Shown here piece by piece: positions 22,250-32,100 of a stretch of 64,000 nucleotides of DNA (position 1 is its first letter; each line of letters starts with the position of its first letter). The notes below the pieces were generated by a model, which was not told the origin of the DNA, made no database searches, and saw nothing but the letters and a program-made list of their open reading frames with translations. A program made the position numbers and the translations under genes. This DNA is from Spirochaetia bacterium (GTDB lineage: Bacteria; Spirochaetota; Spirochaetia; SZUA-6; Bin103): assembly GCA_965199955.1 (NCBI GenBank), contig CBDATQ010000002.1:1248001-1312000 (forward strand), read 5' to 3'.

Positions 22250-22614
22250 GAGTCGACGGCGGTGAGTTCCGCCCGGGCCCGCTTGACGATCGCCTCGAAC
22301 GCGGCGGGATCCTCGATCGCGAGGTTGGAGAGCGCCTTGCGGTTCAGCGTGATCCCGGCCCGCGACAGGCCGTGCATGAACTGCGAGTAGCGCAGGTCAT
22401 GCTGGCGGCAGGCGGCCGAGATGCGCGCGATCCAGAGGCGGCGGAACTCTCCCTTGCGCCGCCGCCGGTCGCGGTAGGCGTACATGCCCGCCTTGGCCAG
22501 CGCATCCTTGGCTGTCCGATACAGCTTGCTGCGTCGTCCCCAGTACCCCTTGGCCTGCTTGAGGATCTTGCGGCGCTTGGCGTGATGCTTGTGACTGTCG
22601 ATCGCTCGTGCCAT
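22246..22614 (-). CDS. rplT: 50S ribosomal protein L20
   Basis: KILKQAKGYWG, YAYRDRR, FRRLWIARI, LNRKALSNLA. Confidence 0.98.
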   Translation of the reverse strand: MARAIDSHKHHAKRRKILKQAKGYWGRRSKLYRTAKDALAKAGMYAYRDRRRRKGEFRRLWIARISAACRQHDLRYSQFMHGLSRAGITLNRKALSNLAIEDPAAFEAIVKRARAELTAVDS

Positions 22615-22634
22615 GCCTCTATCTGTCCTGTCCT

Positions 22635-22835
22635 CTATCCGTTCGGCAGCAGGCGGCGAATGCGCTTGTGCTCGGTGGGACTGAGCAGGCCCGAACGCCG
22701 TAGCCGCCGCTTTCGCTTGCTACCTTTCTTGGTGAGTATGTGCCGCAGCCCCTGCTTCTTGTACTTCACCTTTCCCTTTGCGGTGACGCTGAAGCGCTTG
22801 GCGGTACTGCGGTGAGTCTTTGCCTTGGTACCCAT
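22635..22835 (-). CDS. rpmI: 50S ribosomal protein L35
   Basis: [24 protein letters not shown]. Confidence 0.97.
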   Translation of the reverse strand: MGTKAKTHRSTAKRFSVTAKGKVKYKKQGLRHILTKKGSKRKRRLRRSGLLSPTEHKRIRRLLPNG

Positions 22836-22838
22836 CGT

Positions 22839-23354
22839 CTACTTTCTGGACTTCGGACTCAGCACCATCGACATGAACCGTCCCTCCATCTGCGCCGATC
22901 GGGCGAGCACCGCGTACTCACGCGTGAGCTCCACCACGCGATCCAGCACCGCGCGACCGATTTCCGTGTGCGCCAACTCGCGCCCGCGGAACCGGACGGT
23001 CACCTTCACCTTGTTTCCCTGGTCCAGAAACGACTTGATGTGCCGGGACTTGAAGTCCAGGTCATGCGAGTCGATCTTGGGCTGCATCCGGATTTCCTTG
23101 AGCTTGGTGAGCCGCTGCCGCTTCTTGGACTCGCGAATGCGCTTCTCCTGCTCGAACTTGTACTTGCCGTAGTCGAGCAGCTTGCAGACGGGCGGGCGAG
23201 CCGTCGGGGAAACCTCCACCAGGTCCAACCCGTTCTGCCGCGCGGAACTGAGCGCCTCTTCTGTCGGGACGACGCCGAGCTGGGAGCCGTCTGCGCCGAT
23301 CAGGCGCACCTCCCGGACTCGAATCATGTCGTTTACCCTGAGATCCTTGACCAA
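22839..23354 (-). CDS. infC: Translation initiation factor IF-3
   Basis: [34 protein letters not shown] start after GGAGG. Confidence 0.98.
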   Translation of the reverse strand: MVKDLRVNDMIRVREVRLIGADGSQLGVVPTEEALSSARQNGLDLVEVSPTARPPVCKLLDYGKYKFEQEKRIRESKKRQRLTKLKEIRMQPKIDSHDLDFKSRHIKSFLDQGNKVKVTVRFRGRELAHTEIGRAVLDRVVELTREYAVLARSAQMEGRFMSMVLSPKSRK

Positions 23355-23417
23355 TAAGCCTCCTTAGGCGGGAATCGCCTCCTTTGCCGTGACCATACTA
23401 CAGTTCCTGGGCCGTGA

Positions 23418-24074
23418 CTACTCCCGGCGCCGATCGCGCGGCTCCTTCCGATTCGAGGGAGTCGGTCCCGTGTCACCTCTGAGGATGAAGAGCACCTGGG
23501 TGCTGCGCAGATTGGCGGCCACGGGGCCGATGCGGCGGCCGTTCCTGATGTCGATGACGGAGGTCGCCGCCACACGGTTCGCCCGGCAGTAGTCCAGGAA
23601 GTCGCTGCGGGTGCACAGGTGGATGTTCGGCGTGTCGTGCCATGCGTACGGGAGATCCCGCGACGCCGGCATCCTGCCGCGCAGCAGGAGCGCCAGCCGG
23701 ATCCGCAGGTAGCCGAAGTTCGGGAAGGAGACGATCACCTGCCTGCCGACGCGGAGCATCTCGGCCAGCAGCTCGAGTGGCCGGTCGATCTGCTGCAGCG
23801 TCTGGTTCAGAACCACGTAATCGTAGCTGCCTGAGGCGTGGTCGCGCAGGCCGTCGTTCAGGTTGCCCTGGAAGACGGTGATGCCCCGCGCCAGGCAGCG
23901 GACGATCATCGCCTCCTCGATCTCCACCCCCAGTCCGTGCACGGACTTGAAGTCCCGCAGGCGGAGCAGCAGCTCGCCGTCGCCGCAGCCCAGGTCCAGC
24001 ACGGAGCTGCCCCGCTCGACGAGATCGACGATCAGGTCATAGTCCAGGTGTTGCCGGCGTTCGCTTGCGGCCAT
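23418..24074 (-). CDS. metW: Methionine biosynthesis protein MetW
   Basis: VLDLGCGDGELL, IVSFPNFG, WHDTPNIHLCT; follows metX. Confidence 0.93.
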   Translation of the reverse strand: MAASERRQHLDYDLIVDLVERGSSVLDLGCGDGELLLRLRDFKSVHGLGVEIEEAMIVRCLARGITVFQGNLNDGLRDHASGSYDYVVLNQTLQQIDRPLELLAEMLRVGRQVIVSFPNFGYLRIRLALLLRGRMPASRDLPYAWHDTPNIHLCTRSDFLDYCRANRVAATSVIDIRNGRRIGPVAANLRSTQVLFILRGDTGPTPSNRKEPRDRRRE

Positions 24075-24076
24075 CG

Positions 24077-25249
24077 TCAGCGGGCGGGGGAGGCGACGTT
24101 TTCCAGGAACGAGCGGACGATCTGGCAGAGGCGGGCGCTCTCCAACAGAAAGGCGTCATGGCCGTAGACGCTTTCCAGCTCCACGTAGGACACCTCGCGC
24201 CCGACCTGCATGAGCGCGCTGACGATCTCCCGCGACTGGCTTGAGGGGTAGAGCCAGTCGGAGGTGAAGGAGGCCACCAGGTACGTGGCGCGGGTCCGTC
24301 CCAGCGCCTCCGGCAGCGACCCGTACGCTTCCGAGAGGTCGTAGTAGTCCATGGCCTTGGTGATGTACAGGTAGGAGTTGGCGTCGAAGCTCTCCACAAA
24401 GCGGGTGCCCAGGTGCGCGAGGTATGACTCGACCTGGAACTCGCCCGACATCTCGTACGTGAACGCGGCGCGGTCCTGCAGGGTACGTCCGAACTTGCGA
24501 CCCAGCGATATCTCCGACAGGTAGGTGATATGGCCGATCATGCGGGCGATGGACAGTCCGTTGGCCGGAGCGGGGCCGTGGTAGTAGTCGCCACCGCTCC
24601 AGTCGGGATCCGACATGATGGCGTTGCGGCCGACGGCGTGAAAGGCGATCCCCTGCGCGGAAACGGTGGCGGTGGAGGCGAGCACCACGACGGAGCGCAC
24701 CCGGTCCGGGTAACGGATCGCCCATTCCAGGGCCTGCATGCCGCCCATCGATCCGCCGGCAACGCTGTACAGCCGTTCGATGCCGAGGTGGTCGATGAGG
24801 TGGCGCTGAGCTTCGACCATGTCGCCGATGGTGATGAGCGGAAAGTCCAGCCCGTACGGCCGGCCGCCGTCACCGGCACGGGGCGAAGACGGGCCGGTGG
24901 AGCCGTTGCACCCGCCGATGAAGTTGGAACAGATGACGAAGAACGTGCGCGTATCGAAGCCCTTGCCGGGCCCGATCATGTCGTCCCACCAGCCCGGCCG
25001 CTTGTCGTCGAGGGAGTGGTAGCCGGCGGCGTGGTGGCTGCCCGAGAGCGCGTGGAAGACCAGGATCGCGTTGGAGCGATCGGCGTTGAGGGTTCCGTAC
25101 GTCTCGTACCGGAGCGTGATCGGCCCCAGGAACCGGCCGCTGTCGAGCTTCAGCCGGTTGGGCGGATGGGCGAACGTGTGGTCGCGCGGGCTCACCAGGC
25201 CCACGGAGTCGGAAGCTGACGCCTTCGCCTTTGTCGTGTTCTCCACCAT
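24077..25249 (-). CDS. metX: Homoserine O-acyltransferase
   Basis: HALSGSHH, GGSMGGMQ, GHDAFL; ATG at 25249. Confidence 0.93.
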   Translation of the reverse strand: MVENTTKAKASASDSVGLVSPRDHTFAHPPNRLKLDSGRFLGPITLRYETYGTLNADRSNAILVFHALSGSHHAAGYHSLDDKRPGWWDDMIGPGKGFDTRTFFVICSNFIGGCNGSTGPSSPRAGDGGRPYGLDFPLITIGDMVEAQRHLIDHLGIERLYSVAGGSMGGMQALEWAIRYPDRVRSVVVLASTATVSAQGIAFHAVGRNAIMSDPDWSGGDYYHGPAPANGLSIARMIGHITYLSEISLGRKFGRTLQDRAAFTYEMSGEFQVESYLAHLGTRFVESFDANSYLYITKAMDYYDLSEAYGSLPEALGRTRATYLVASFTSDWLYPSSQSREIVSALMQVGREVSYVELESVYGHDAFLLESARLCQIVRSFLENVASPAR

Positions 25250-25304
25250 CTCGTTATCGGTGTACTGTGTCCTCGCCCGGAGCGATGCCCTGTACCACCG
25301 CACA

Positions 25305-26222
25305 TTGTACCAGCGCATAACCAGGCGGCGTACCGCTACGCGGCGGAGCGCCGCCCGGCTCCGGTCCCGGTTCGCGTGGACCCGATCGTTCGCGGCCATC
25401 GGCGCGGCGGTCATGGCCGCCTGCGCCAGCACGCCGTCTCTTGACCGGGCGAGCCTGGGCGCGATGCCGGCCGACGTCGACGTGGCGGTGGCGGCGAACG
25501 TGGCGGCGCTGCGCGCCCCGCTTGCCGCGGTTGTCGAGGAAGCGGAGGTGCCGGTGCCGGCGTGGCTGCTCGAGCGCCTGGCCGTCGTGGTCGCCGGCGT
25601 CTACGTGGGCCCGGAGCCGGGCTACCTGATCTGGATGCGGGGCGTGGACCTGGACCGGGGCATGACGGCGCGCCTGCTGCTCAGTCCCGACTGGTTCTAC
25701 GTGGCCGCGCCGTTTCCGCATTACCGGTCTGCCGATGCGGCGGCGTGGCTGCCCGGCGGCAACGTGCTGGTGATGACCAACCTGCCGCTGGACCGCGTGC
25801 AGCGCGCCTTCGACGCCGCGGCGTTCTCGCTGCCCGACGACGTGACGATCGAGGAAGGGGACGTCGATCTGCTGCTGGTAGTGCCCGATCTCACCGGGGC
25901 GATCGACCGGCTGGTTCCCGATTCCGGACTGGACCTGGTCACCGAGGTGTTCCCGACCGAAGACGTCTGGCTGGCGGGTACCGCGTCGGCCGACGGGCTC
26001 GTCATCGCTGGCGCGATGCGTACCGTCGATCGCAACCTTGCGCGCCTGCTGGCCGCGTTTGCAAGCGGTCAACTGACGCTGGCGGACGTTCGCTTGCGGG
26101 CCGACGGAACGTGGGTCAGGCTTGCCGGCCTCATGCGGCACGACGAGTTGATGGACGTGGCGCGCGCGATGCTGAACCTGGAAGAGCTGGGTCCCGCCGG
26201 CGGGTCGGAGGCCGACCGGTGA
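25305..26222 (+). CDS. Hypothetical lipoprotein
   Basis: Basic N-region, hydrophobic stretch and lipobox-like MAAC; stop overlaps hisH start; start codon uncertain. Confidence 0.55.
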   Translation: MYQRITRRRTATRRSAARLRSRFAWTRSFAAIGAAVMAACASTPSLDRASLGAMPADVDVAVAANVAALRAPLAAVVEEAEVPVPAWLLERLAVVVAGVYVGPEPGYLIWMRGVDLDRGMTARLLLSPDWFYVAAPFPHYRSADAAAWLPGGNVLVMTNLPLDRVQRAFDAAAFSLPDDVTIEEGDVDLLLVVPDLTGAIDRLVPDSGLDLVTEVFPTEDVWLAGTASADGLVIAGAMRTVDRNLARLLAAFASGQLTLADVRLRADGTWVRLAGLMRHDELMDVARAMLNLEELGPAGGSEADR

Positions 26223-26842
26223 GCGTCGCCATCGTCGACTACGCGGCCGGCAACCGCACCAGCGTTCAGAATGCGCTGCGCTTCCTGGGAGCCGACTTCA
26301 CCGTCGCTTCCGAGCCCGCGGCACTGCTCGACGCGGAGCGGGTGATCTTCCCCGGTGTGGGCGAGGCGCGCGCGGCGATGGACGACCTGGCCCGTCGCGG
26401 CATGGACGCAGCGCTGCGCGCGGTGAGCGCAGAAGGGCGTCCGTTGCTCGGCATCTGCATCGGCGCGCAGGTGCTGCTGCAGTACTCCGCGGAGCGCGAC
26501 ACGACGTGCCTGGGCCTGGTCCGCGGCCGAGCGGTCGCGTTCCCGGAACCCATCCCGGGAGACGGGATGAAGGTCCCGCACATGGGGTGGAATCAGGTGC
26601 GGCAGGATCGCGTCCACCCGTTGTTCGACGGCATCCGGGACGGCGGCTCGTTCTACTTCGTGCACTCGTTCTACCCGCGCCCGGACGACGACTCGCTCGT
26701 GCTGGGCTCTACGGAGTACGGGGTTCGGTTCGCGTCGGTGTACGCCGCCGGCAGTCTGGCCGCGGTGCAGTTCCACGCCGAGAAGTCGGGACGGAACGGG
26801 CTCAGGCTGCTTGCCAATTTCCTGGAATGGGACGGTGCTTGA
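26219..26842 (+). CDS. hisH: Imidazole glycerol phosphate synthase, glutaminase subunit
   Basis: IVDYAAGN, FPGVG, LGICIG, VPHMGWN, YFVHSF, QFHAEKS. Confidence 0.96.
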   Translation: MSVAIVDYAAGNRTSVQNALRFLGADFTVASEPAALLDAERVIFPGVGEARAAMDDLARRGMDAALRAVSAEGRPLLGICIGAQVLLQYSAERDTTCLGLVRGRAVAFPEPIPGDGMKVPHMGWNQVRQDRVHPLFDGIRDGGSFYFVHSFYPRPDDDSLVLGSTEYGVRFASVYAAGSLAAVQFHAEKSGRNGLRLLANFLEWDGA

Positions 26843-27602
26843 GCGCCGCGTGATCGTCTGCCTGGACGTGCGCGACGGGCGCACCACCAAGGGCGTGCGC
26901 TTCGTGGACAACGAGGACGTAGGCGATCCGGTCGCCATGGCGCGGACATACTACGAGCAGGGTGTGGACGAGCTGGTCTTCTACGACATTACCGCGTCGG
27001 CGGAACGGCGCGGCATCATGCTGGAGGTCGTGCGCGCGGTCGCCGCGCAGGTATTCATCCCGTTCGCCGTGGGCGGCGGCATCGGGTCGCTGGAGCAGAT
27101 GCAGGCGGTGCTCCTGGCCGGGGCGGAGAAGGTCAGCGTGAACTCGCCGGCCGTCCGCAACCCGCGGCTCATCGCCGAGGGGGCGGCGGCGTTCGGCCGG
27201 CAGTGCATGGTCCTGGGCATGGACGCCAAGCGCGACCCGGCGATGCCGAGCGGTTACCGCGTCTACATCGACGGGCTGCGCACCGCCACCGACCTGGACG
27301 CCCTGGAGTGGGGGCAGCGGGCCGTCGAGCTGGGTGCGGGCGAGGTGGTGCTCAACGCGATCGACACCGACGGGACGCAGGCCGGCTACGAGCTGACGGT
27401 GACGCGCATGCTCGCCGACCGGCTGCCGGTGCCGGTGGTGGCGTCGGGTGGGGCAGGATCGGTCGAGCACGTGGCGGAGGTGCTGACGGACGGTCACGCC
27501 GACGCCGCGCTGGTGGCCTCCATCGTCCACTACGGGACATGCACGGTGGGCGACATCAAGGAGCACCTGGCCGCGTGCGGCGTACCAGTCCGCAGGGAGT
27601 GA
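26835..27602 (+). CDS. hisF: Imidazole glycerol phosphate synthase, cyclase subunit
   Basis: RVIVCLDV, GDPV, DELVFYDITAS, IDTDGT, ASGGAG. Confidence 0.96.
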   Translation: MLERRVIVCLDVRDGRTTKGVRFVDNEDVGDPVAMARTYYEQGVDELVFYDITASAERRGIMLEVVRAVAAQVFIPFAVGGGIGSLEQMQAVLLAGAEKVSVNSPAVRNPRLIAEGAAAFGRQCMVLGMDAKRDPAMPSGYRVYIDGLRTATDLDALEWGQRAVELGAGEVVLNAIDTDGTQAGYELTVTRMLADRLPVPVVASGGAGSVEHVAEVLTDGHADAALVASIVHYGTCTVGDIKEHLAACGVPVRRE

Positions 27603-27666
27603 TGCCGGCTCCGACTCCTTGCCGGCCGTCGCGAAGCGGCGCTATAATAAGTCCCGAAAAGTAACT

Positions 27667-28023
27667 ATGCCTACCTACGAGTACGCGTGCGGCACCTGCG
27701 GAACCTTCGAGCAGTTCCAGCGCATCACTGAGGATCCGCTCTCCGACTGTCCGCGCTGCGGCAGTGCGGTGCGGCGGCTGATATCGAGCGGGACCGGCAT
27801 CATCTTCAAGGGATCCGGGTTCTACTCGACCGACTCGCGCGCCTCCGGCAAGAACGACGATGGCGGCAACGGCAAGGAAGCGTCCAAGGCGGACGGCGAG
27901 AGCGCCGGCAAGGACAGCTCCGCCGGCGAGAGCAAGAGCGACTCGAAGTCCGACCCCACGTCCGATACGAGCACGAAGACGAAGAAGAAGGATCCGGCCG
28001 CCGCTACGGCGGCAAAGGACTGA
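27667..28023 (+). CDS. FmdB-family zinc-ribbon protein
   Basis: MPTYEYACGTCG..CPRCG..FKGSGFYSTD. Confidence 0.9.
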   Translation: MPTYEYACGTCGTFEQFQRITEDPLSDCPRCGSAVRRLISSGTGIIFKGSGFYSTDSRASGKNDDGGNGKEASKADGESAGKDSSAGESKSDSKSDPTSDTSTKTKKKDPAAATAAKD

Positions 28024-29191
28024 GCCGCTCCGCGCCCGGCGCGGTGCCCTCCGCAGCGGCGGCGATCAGCTCGTCGGCATCCAGCGCCCGCAGGGCGCCG
28101 TGCATGTGCGTCAGCCTCGGGCGGAGCACCGGGTGCTTGGCCGCGAACAGCGTGCAGCAGTCCGGATAGGGCAGCGTCGAGGTCTCGAAGGTGCCGATCG
28201 TACGCGCCGTGCGCACGATCTCTTCCTTGTCCATGCCGATCAGCGGCCGCAGCACCGGCAACTCGCTGGTGGAGTCGGTGAAGGCGATCGCCTCGCCGGT
28301 CTGACTCGCCACCTGGCCCAGGCTCTCCCCGGTGACCAGCGCCACCGCGCCGGTACGGCGGGCAAGCCGAGCCGCTGCCCGCATCATGCACGCGCGCAAC
28401 AGCAGCGTGGAAAACCGGTCGGGAGCGCGCTGCTTGATGCGTTCCAGGACGGATGTGAATGAAATAGTGCACATGCGAGCATCGGGGACGTAACGGGCCA
28501 GATGCTCGGCCAGCCGCTCTACCTTGGCCAGCGCGTCGTCCGACGTGTACGGGTAGGAGTGGAAGTAGACGTGGTCGAGCGGCATGCCGCGCTTGCCCAT
28601 CAGGTAGCCGGCGACCGGGGAGTCGATCCCGCCGGACAGCAGCAGGAGTCCGCGGGCGGACGCGCCCACCGGCAGGCCGCCGCGGCCCGGCGACGGCGGG
28701 CCGTACAGGTAGATCCGGTCACGTACCTCCACGGACAAGACGAACCCCGGGGCGTGCACGTCGACGCCGAGCGCCGGCATGGCGGCGCGCACCCGGTCTC
28801 CCAGGCGGCAGGCGATCCGGTATGACGTGTCCGGGTATTCCTTGTCGCTGCGCCGCGCTTCGATCTTGAAGGTGGGAGCGGGCGCGGAGGCGGCCAGCCG
28901 CCGGGCCAGCGCCACGGCGGCCTCGTCCAGCAGCTCCGGGTCACGTGCGACCATCTGCGCCTCCGCGTACGAGACGATCCCGAACGTGTCGCCCAAGGCG
29001 CGTGCCACGGCCGCCGAATCGGGGTAGTCCTCCACGTACAGCCGTCCCCAGGCGCGCCGCACCCGGTGGGGGGTGCCTGCGAGCTGCCGGCGGATCTGCT
29101 GGATCAGCCGCTCTTCGAATTGCCGGCGATTGGCTCCCTTGAGCGAGATCTCCCCGTACTTGACCAGGAACACCCGCGTGCCCGGGCTCAT
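28004..29191 (-). CDS. thiI: tRNA 4-thiouridine synthase ThiI (short form, no rhodanese domain)
   Basis: YGEISLKGANR, THUMP domain, LLSGGIDSPVA, GESLGQVASQT, DCC. Confidence 0.95.
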   Translation of the reverse strand: MSPGTRVFLVKYGEISLKGANRRQFEERLIQQIRRQLAGTPHRVRRAWGRLYVEDYPDSAAVARALGDTFGIVSYAEAQMVARDPELLDEAAVALARRLAASAPAPTFKIEARRSDKEYPDTSYRIACRLGDRVRAAMPALGVDVHAPGFVLSVEVRDRIYLYGPPSPGRGGLPVGASARGLLLLSGGIDSPVAGYLMGKRGMPLDHVYFHSYPYTSDDALAKVERLAEHLARYVPDARMCTISFTSVLERIKQRAPDRFSTLLLRACMMRAAARLARRTGAVALVTGESLGQVASQTGEAIAFTDSTSELPVLRPLIGMDKEEIVRTARTIGTFETSTLPYPDCCTLFAAKHPVLRPRLTHMHGALRALDADELIAAAAEGTAPGAERLSPLPP

Positions 29192-30390
29192 GTCCGGACG
29201 GCCTCCCGGGTCGCTTGGGCGGTGAGCCGGGAGGTCACGTCGCGGAGCTCGGCGTCCAGCGCCGAGGCGAACGCATCCACCTCGTCCGGCGAGGTCCGTG
29301 GTCCGATCGACACGCGTACCGCCCCCGCGGCCTGTTCCGGCGGCACACGCATCGCCTCCAGCACGCGCAGCCGCTTGCGCGATCCGGTGGCGCAGGCGGA
29401 GCCCGGTGACACGCAGATGCCTCGGTCGCCGAGCAGCCGCACGGTCACCTCGGACGGCAGCGCCGGCACCGCCAGTTTGAGGATGAAGGGCGAGAACCGG
29501 GCGTCACGCGTCGTGCGGTCGGCCGGGATCAGCGTCACCGCGGGCGTCGACCGGAGCCGTTCGATCAATAGCGCCATGGTCTCCGCAGCGGCGCTGGCGT
29601 TCCGATCGTGCAGAGACGTCGCGGTGCCGGCTGCGGCCGCGAACCCCGCGGCCCCGGCCACGTTCTCGGTGCCGGCGCGGCGTCCGCCCTCCTGCTCGCC
29701 GCCGGCCTGCATGAAGCGGACCGGGGCGCCGGCCTGGATCCAGAGCGCCCCGACGCCGCGCGGACCGCCAATCTTGTGGGCGCTGAAGGAGGCGGCATGC
29801 ACGTGCGGACCGAGCGGCAACGGCACCTTGCCGAGCGCCTGCACGGCGTCGGTATGGAACAGCATGCGCGTGCCGGAGCGCCGCGCGGCATCGGCGACCG
29901 CAGACGCCGCCTCGACGACCGGCTGGATGGTGCCGGTCTCGTTGTTGACCGTCTGAACCGAGACCAGGTAGGTGCGCTCGTCGAGCAACTCTTGCAGGCG
30001 TTCGACGTCGACCGCGCCGTCGCCGTCCACCGGCGCGCGCAGGACCCGGAAGCCGATCCTCTGGAGCAGCGTTGCCGGCCCCTCGACGGAGTCGTGCTCG
30101 ACGGCGCCGATCACCAGCGTGTCGCGGCGCGGCAGCCCGCGCTCGGGATGCAGCAGCGTCAGCACCGACTGCAGCATCAGGTTGTTGGACTCCGTGGCGC
30201 CGGAGGTCAGCACGATCTCCGCCGCGTCCACGCCGAGCGCACAGGCGAGCCGCTCGCGGGCCGAGGCCAGCTCCGCCGCGGCCTGCCGTCCTCGGGGGTG
30301 AGGAGAGGAAGGGTTGGCGTGCCACGGCCCGTCCGCCGGGAGCGCTTCCGGCATCGGGGGCGCGGTGGCCGCCCAATCCAGGTAGATCAC
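29188..30390 (-). CDS. Cysteine desulfurase (IscS/NifZ-like)
   Basis: YLDWAAT, TSGATESNN, SFSAHKIGGP, GSACAT; coupled to thiI. Confidence 0.92.
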   Translation of the reverse strand: MIYLDWAATAPPMPEALPADGPWHANPSSPHPRGRQAAAELASARERLACALGVDAAEIVLTSGATESNNLMLQSVLTLLHPERGLPRRDTLVIGAVEHDSVEGPATLLQRIGFRVLRAPVDGDGAVDVERLQELLDERTYLVSVQTVNNETGTIQPVVEAASAVADAARRSGTRMLFHTDAVQALGKVPLPLGPHVHAASFSAHKIGGPRGVGALWIQAGAPVRFMQAGGEQEGGRRAGTENVAGAAGFAAAAGTATSLHDRNASAAAETMALLIERLRSTPAVTLIPADRTTRDARFSPFILKLAVPALPSEVTVRLLGDRGICVSPGSACATGSRKRLRVLEAMRVPPEQAAGAVRVSIGPRTSPDEVDAFASALDAELRDVTSRLTAQATREAVRT

Positions 30391-30472
30391 CCCCGTATGG
30401 TAGCGGACCGTCCGCCGGGCCGCGCGGCCGGTTTGCTCAGGCGTGGCCCGCGTAGTACGTTCGCTTACAGCC

Positions 30473-30925
30473 ATGCTGTTCTTCCCTTGGGGACCGTTCG
30501 GCTTTCTCACGCTGTTGGTTCCGGTGCTCCTGGCCTTCGCCCTGCTGCGGCTCGGCACGACCATCTTCCGCCGGATCCGGGACGAGTCCGACGGCGACCG
30601 GTACCTTCGCGGCCGCGGCGGCGTCCATCGCCACGCCGCCGACGAGGAGGTGGCGACGGAGCGCCGCCCGCCGTTCAACATGCAGAACCCGTTTGGCAGG
30701 CGGTCGCTGGACAGCCGAGTGTTCCGGCTGGCCTATCGCAACGGCGGGCGGGTGACCGTTTCCCAGGTGGTGATGGAGACCGGCATGTCGCTGGAGCAGA
30801 CCGAGGCGTACATGGACCAGCTCTGCGACGGCGTGCGCGTGCGCATGGAGGTCTCCGACGGCGGGCTGGTCACCTACGAGTTTCCGGAGCTCACCGGCCG
30901 CTTCGGCAGCGCCGGCCCGGCCTGA
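30473..30925 (+). CDS. Hypothetical membrane-anchored protein with winged-helix-like C-terminus
   Basis: N-terminal TM; VFRLAYRNGGRVTVSQVVMETGMS..GLVTYEFPEL. Confidence 0.6.
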   Translation: MLFFPWGPFGFLTLLVPVLLAFALLRLGTTIFRRIRDESDGDRYLRGRGGVHRHAADEEVATERRPPFNMQNPFGRRSLDSRVFRLAYRNGGRVTVSQVVMETGMSLEQTEAYMDQLCDGVRVRMEVSDGGLVTYEFPELTGRFGSAGPA

Positions 30926-30936
30926 TCCCGCGGCCG

Positions 30937-31713
30937 TTACGGCCGGATATCGCCCAGCCGGGCGAACAGCGCCTCGGCCCCGATGTCGATCAGCGACATG
31001 TCCCCCCCGCACTGCAGCCACTGCGCGCCCCAGCCGGCGAGGCGCTGCGCCATCTCCGGATCGGCGCCCAGTCCCGAGCCGGCGTAAATCCCGGCGTCGC
31101 GGGCGGTGCCGATGATCCGCTTCATGGCCTCCACCACCTCGGGATGGCCGATCTCGCCCATGTGGCCGAGCGCGCCCGACAGGTCGTTCGGCCCCAGCAC
31201 GATCGACGCCAAGCCGTCGATGCGCACGATCTCGTCGATCGCGGCCAGCGCCTCCGCCGTCTCGATCTGGGCGACCGGAAACACGTCCGCGTCCGACTGC
31301 TCGATGAAGGCCGGACCGGTGTCGCGGCCGTAGCGCGACTGCCGGCGCGGCCCGAACCCGCGCGTGCCGCGCGGCGGGTACAGGCACGCATCGACGTGGG
31401 CACGGATCTCCGCGACCGAGTAGGAACGGGGCAGGATGACGCCGCCGGCGCCGGTGTCCAGGCACTTCTTCACCCAGGCAACGTCGCCCGACGGCACGCG
31501 CACGATCGCCGGAGTGGCGGTGGCGCGCGCCGCGATCAGGTGCGACTGCATGGACTCGAAGGTGAGCGCGGTGTGCTCCAGGTCGACCCACAGGAAGTCG
31601 TAGAGCTCGGCGATCGCTTCGGTGACCGACGGATCGGTGGTCGATATGCCGCAGCCGACGCAGACCTTGCCGGCGTCGAGCTGTTGGCGGAACGTGCGCA
31701 TGGCGCTGAGCAT
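30937..31713 (-). CDS. HpcH/HpaI aldolase family protein
   Basis: WVDLEH, IVRVP, YPPRGTRGFG, QIET, GPNDLS. Confidence 0.92.
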   Translation of the reverse strand: MLSAMRTFRQQLDAGKVCVGCGISTTDPSVTEAIAELYDFLWVDLEHTALTFESMQSHLIAARATATPAIVRVPSGDVAWVKKCLDTGAGGVILPRSYSVAEIRAHVDACLYPPRGTRGFGPRRQSRYGRDTGPAFIEQSDADVFPVAQIETAEALAAIDEIVRIDGLASIVLGPNDLSGALGHMGEIGHPEVVEAMKRIIGTARDAGIYAGSGLGADPEMAQRLAGWGAQWLQCGGDMSLIDIGAEALFARLGDIRP

Positions 31714-32100
31714 GAGGGGGTTCTCCTTTGATGAGCAGGAATGGGCGCAGTCCGCGCCGGGTGCGCCGACCATACTACGCGGAACGCCCCGCGTACGTGG
31801 CTGGCACCAACGCGCTTCAGCACGTCCAGTACGAGATCGAGCCGCGACGGACGCATGCGTATGACGTCGGGGATCGGCCGCCGTTCAGGCGTCGACGACG
31901 AACAGGGGCATGCTTCTTCCGCGCGAGGATGGATTCGCCAAGATGGGAAGGGTCCCCGAATGGCCGCAGCGCGCGGTGGAAGCGTCAGTAATCCCGTGGC
32001 TTGAGGCCGTTTGTTTGAACTGATCTATTCCGTCTAATTTCTCCGGTCCAAACCCCTTCGGAAGCATGCCTCCCTGCCGCGGGCTGTCACCGGCAGTGCG

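Noticed and set aside
28004..30390. thiI lacking a rhodanese domain beside a desulfurase as a novelty
   Set aside because: Known arrangement (Bacillus nifZ-thiI type)
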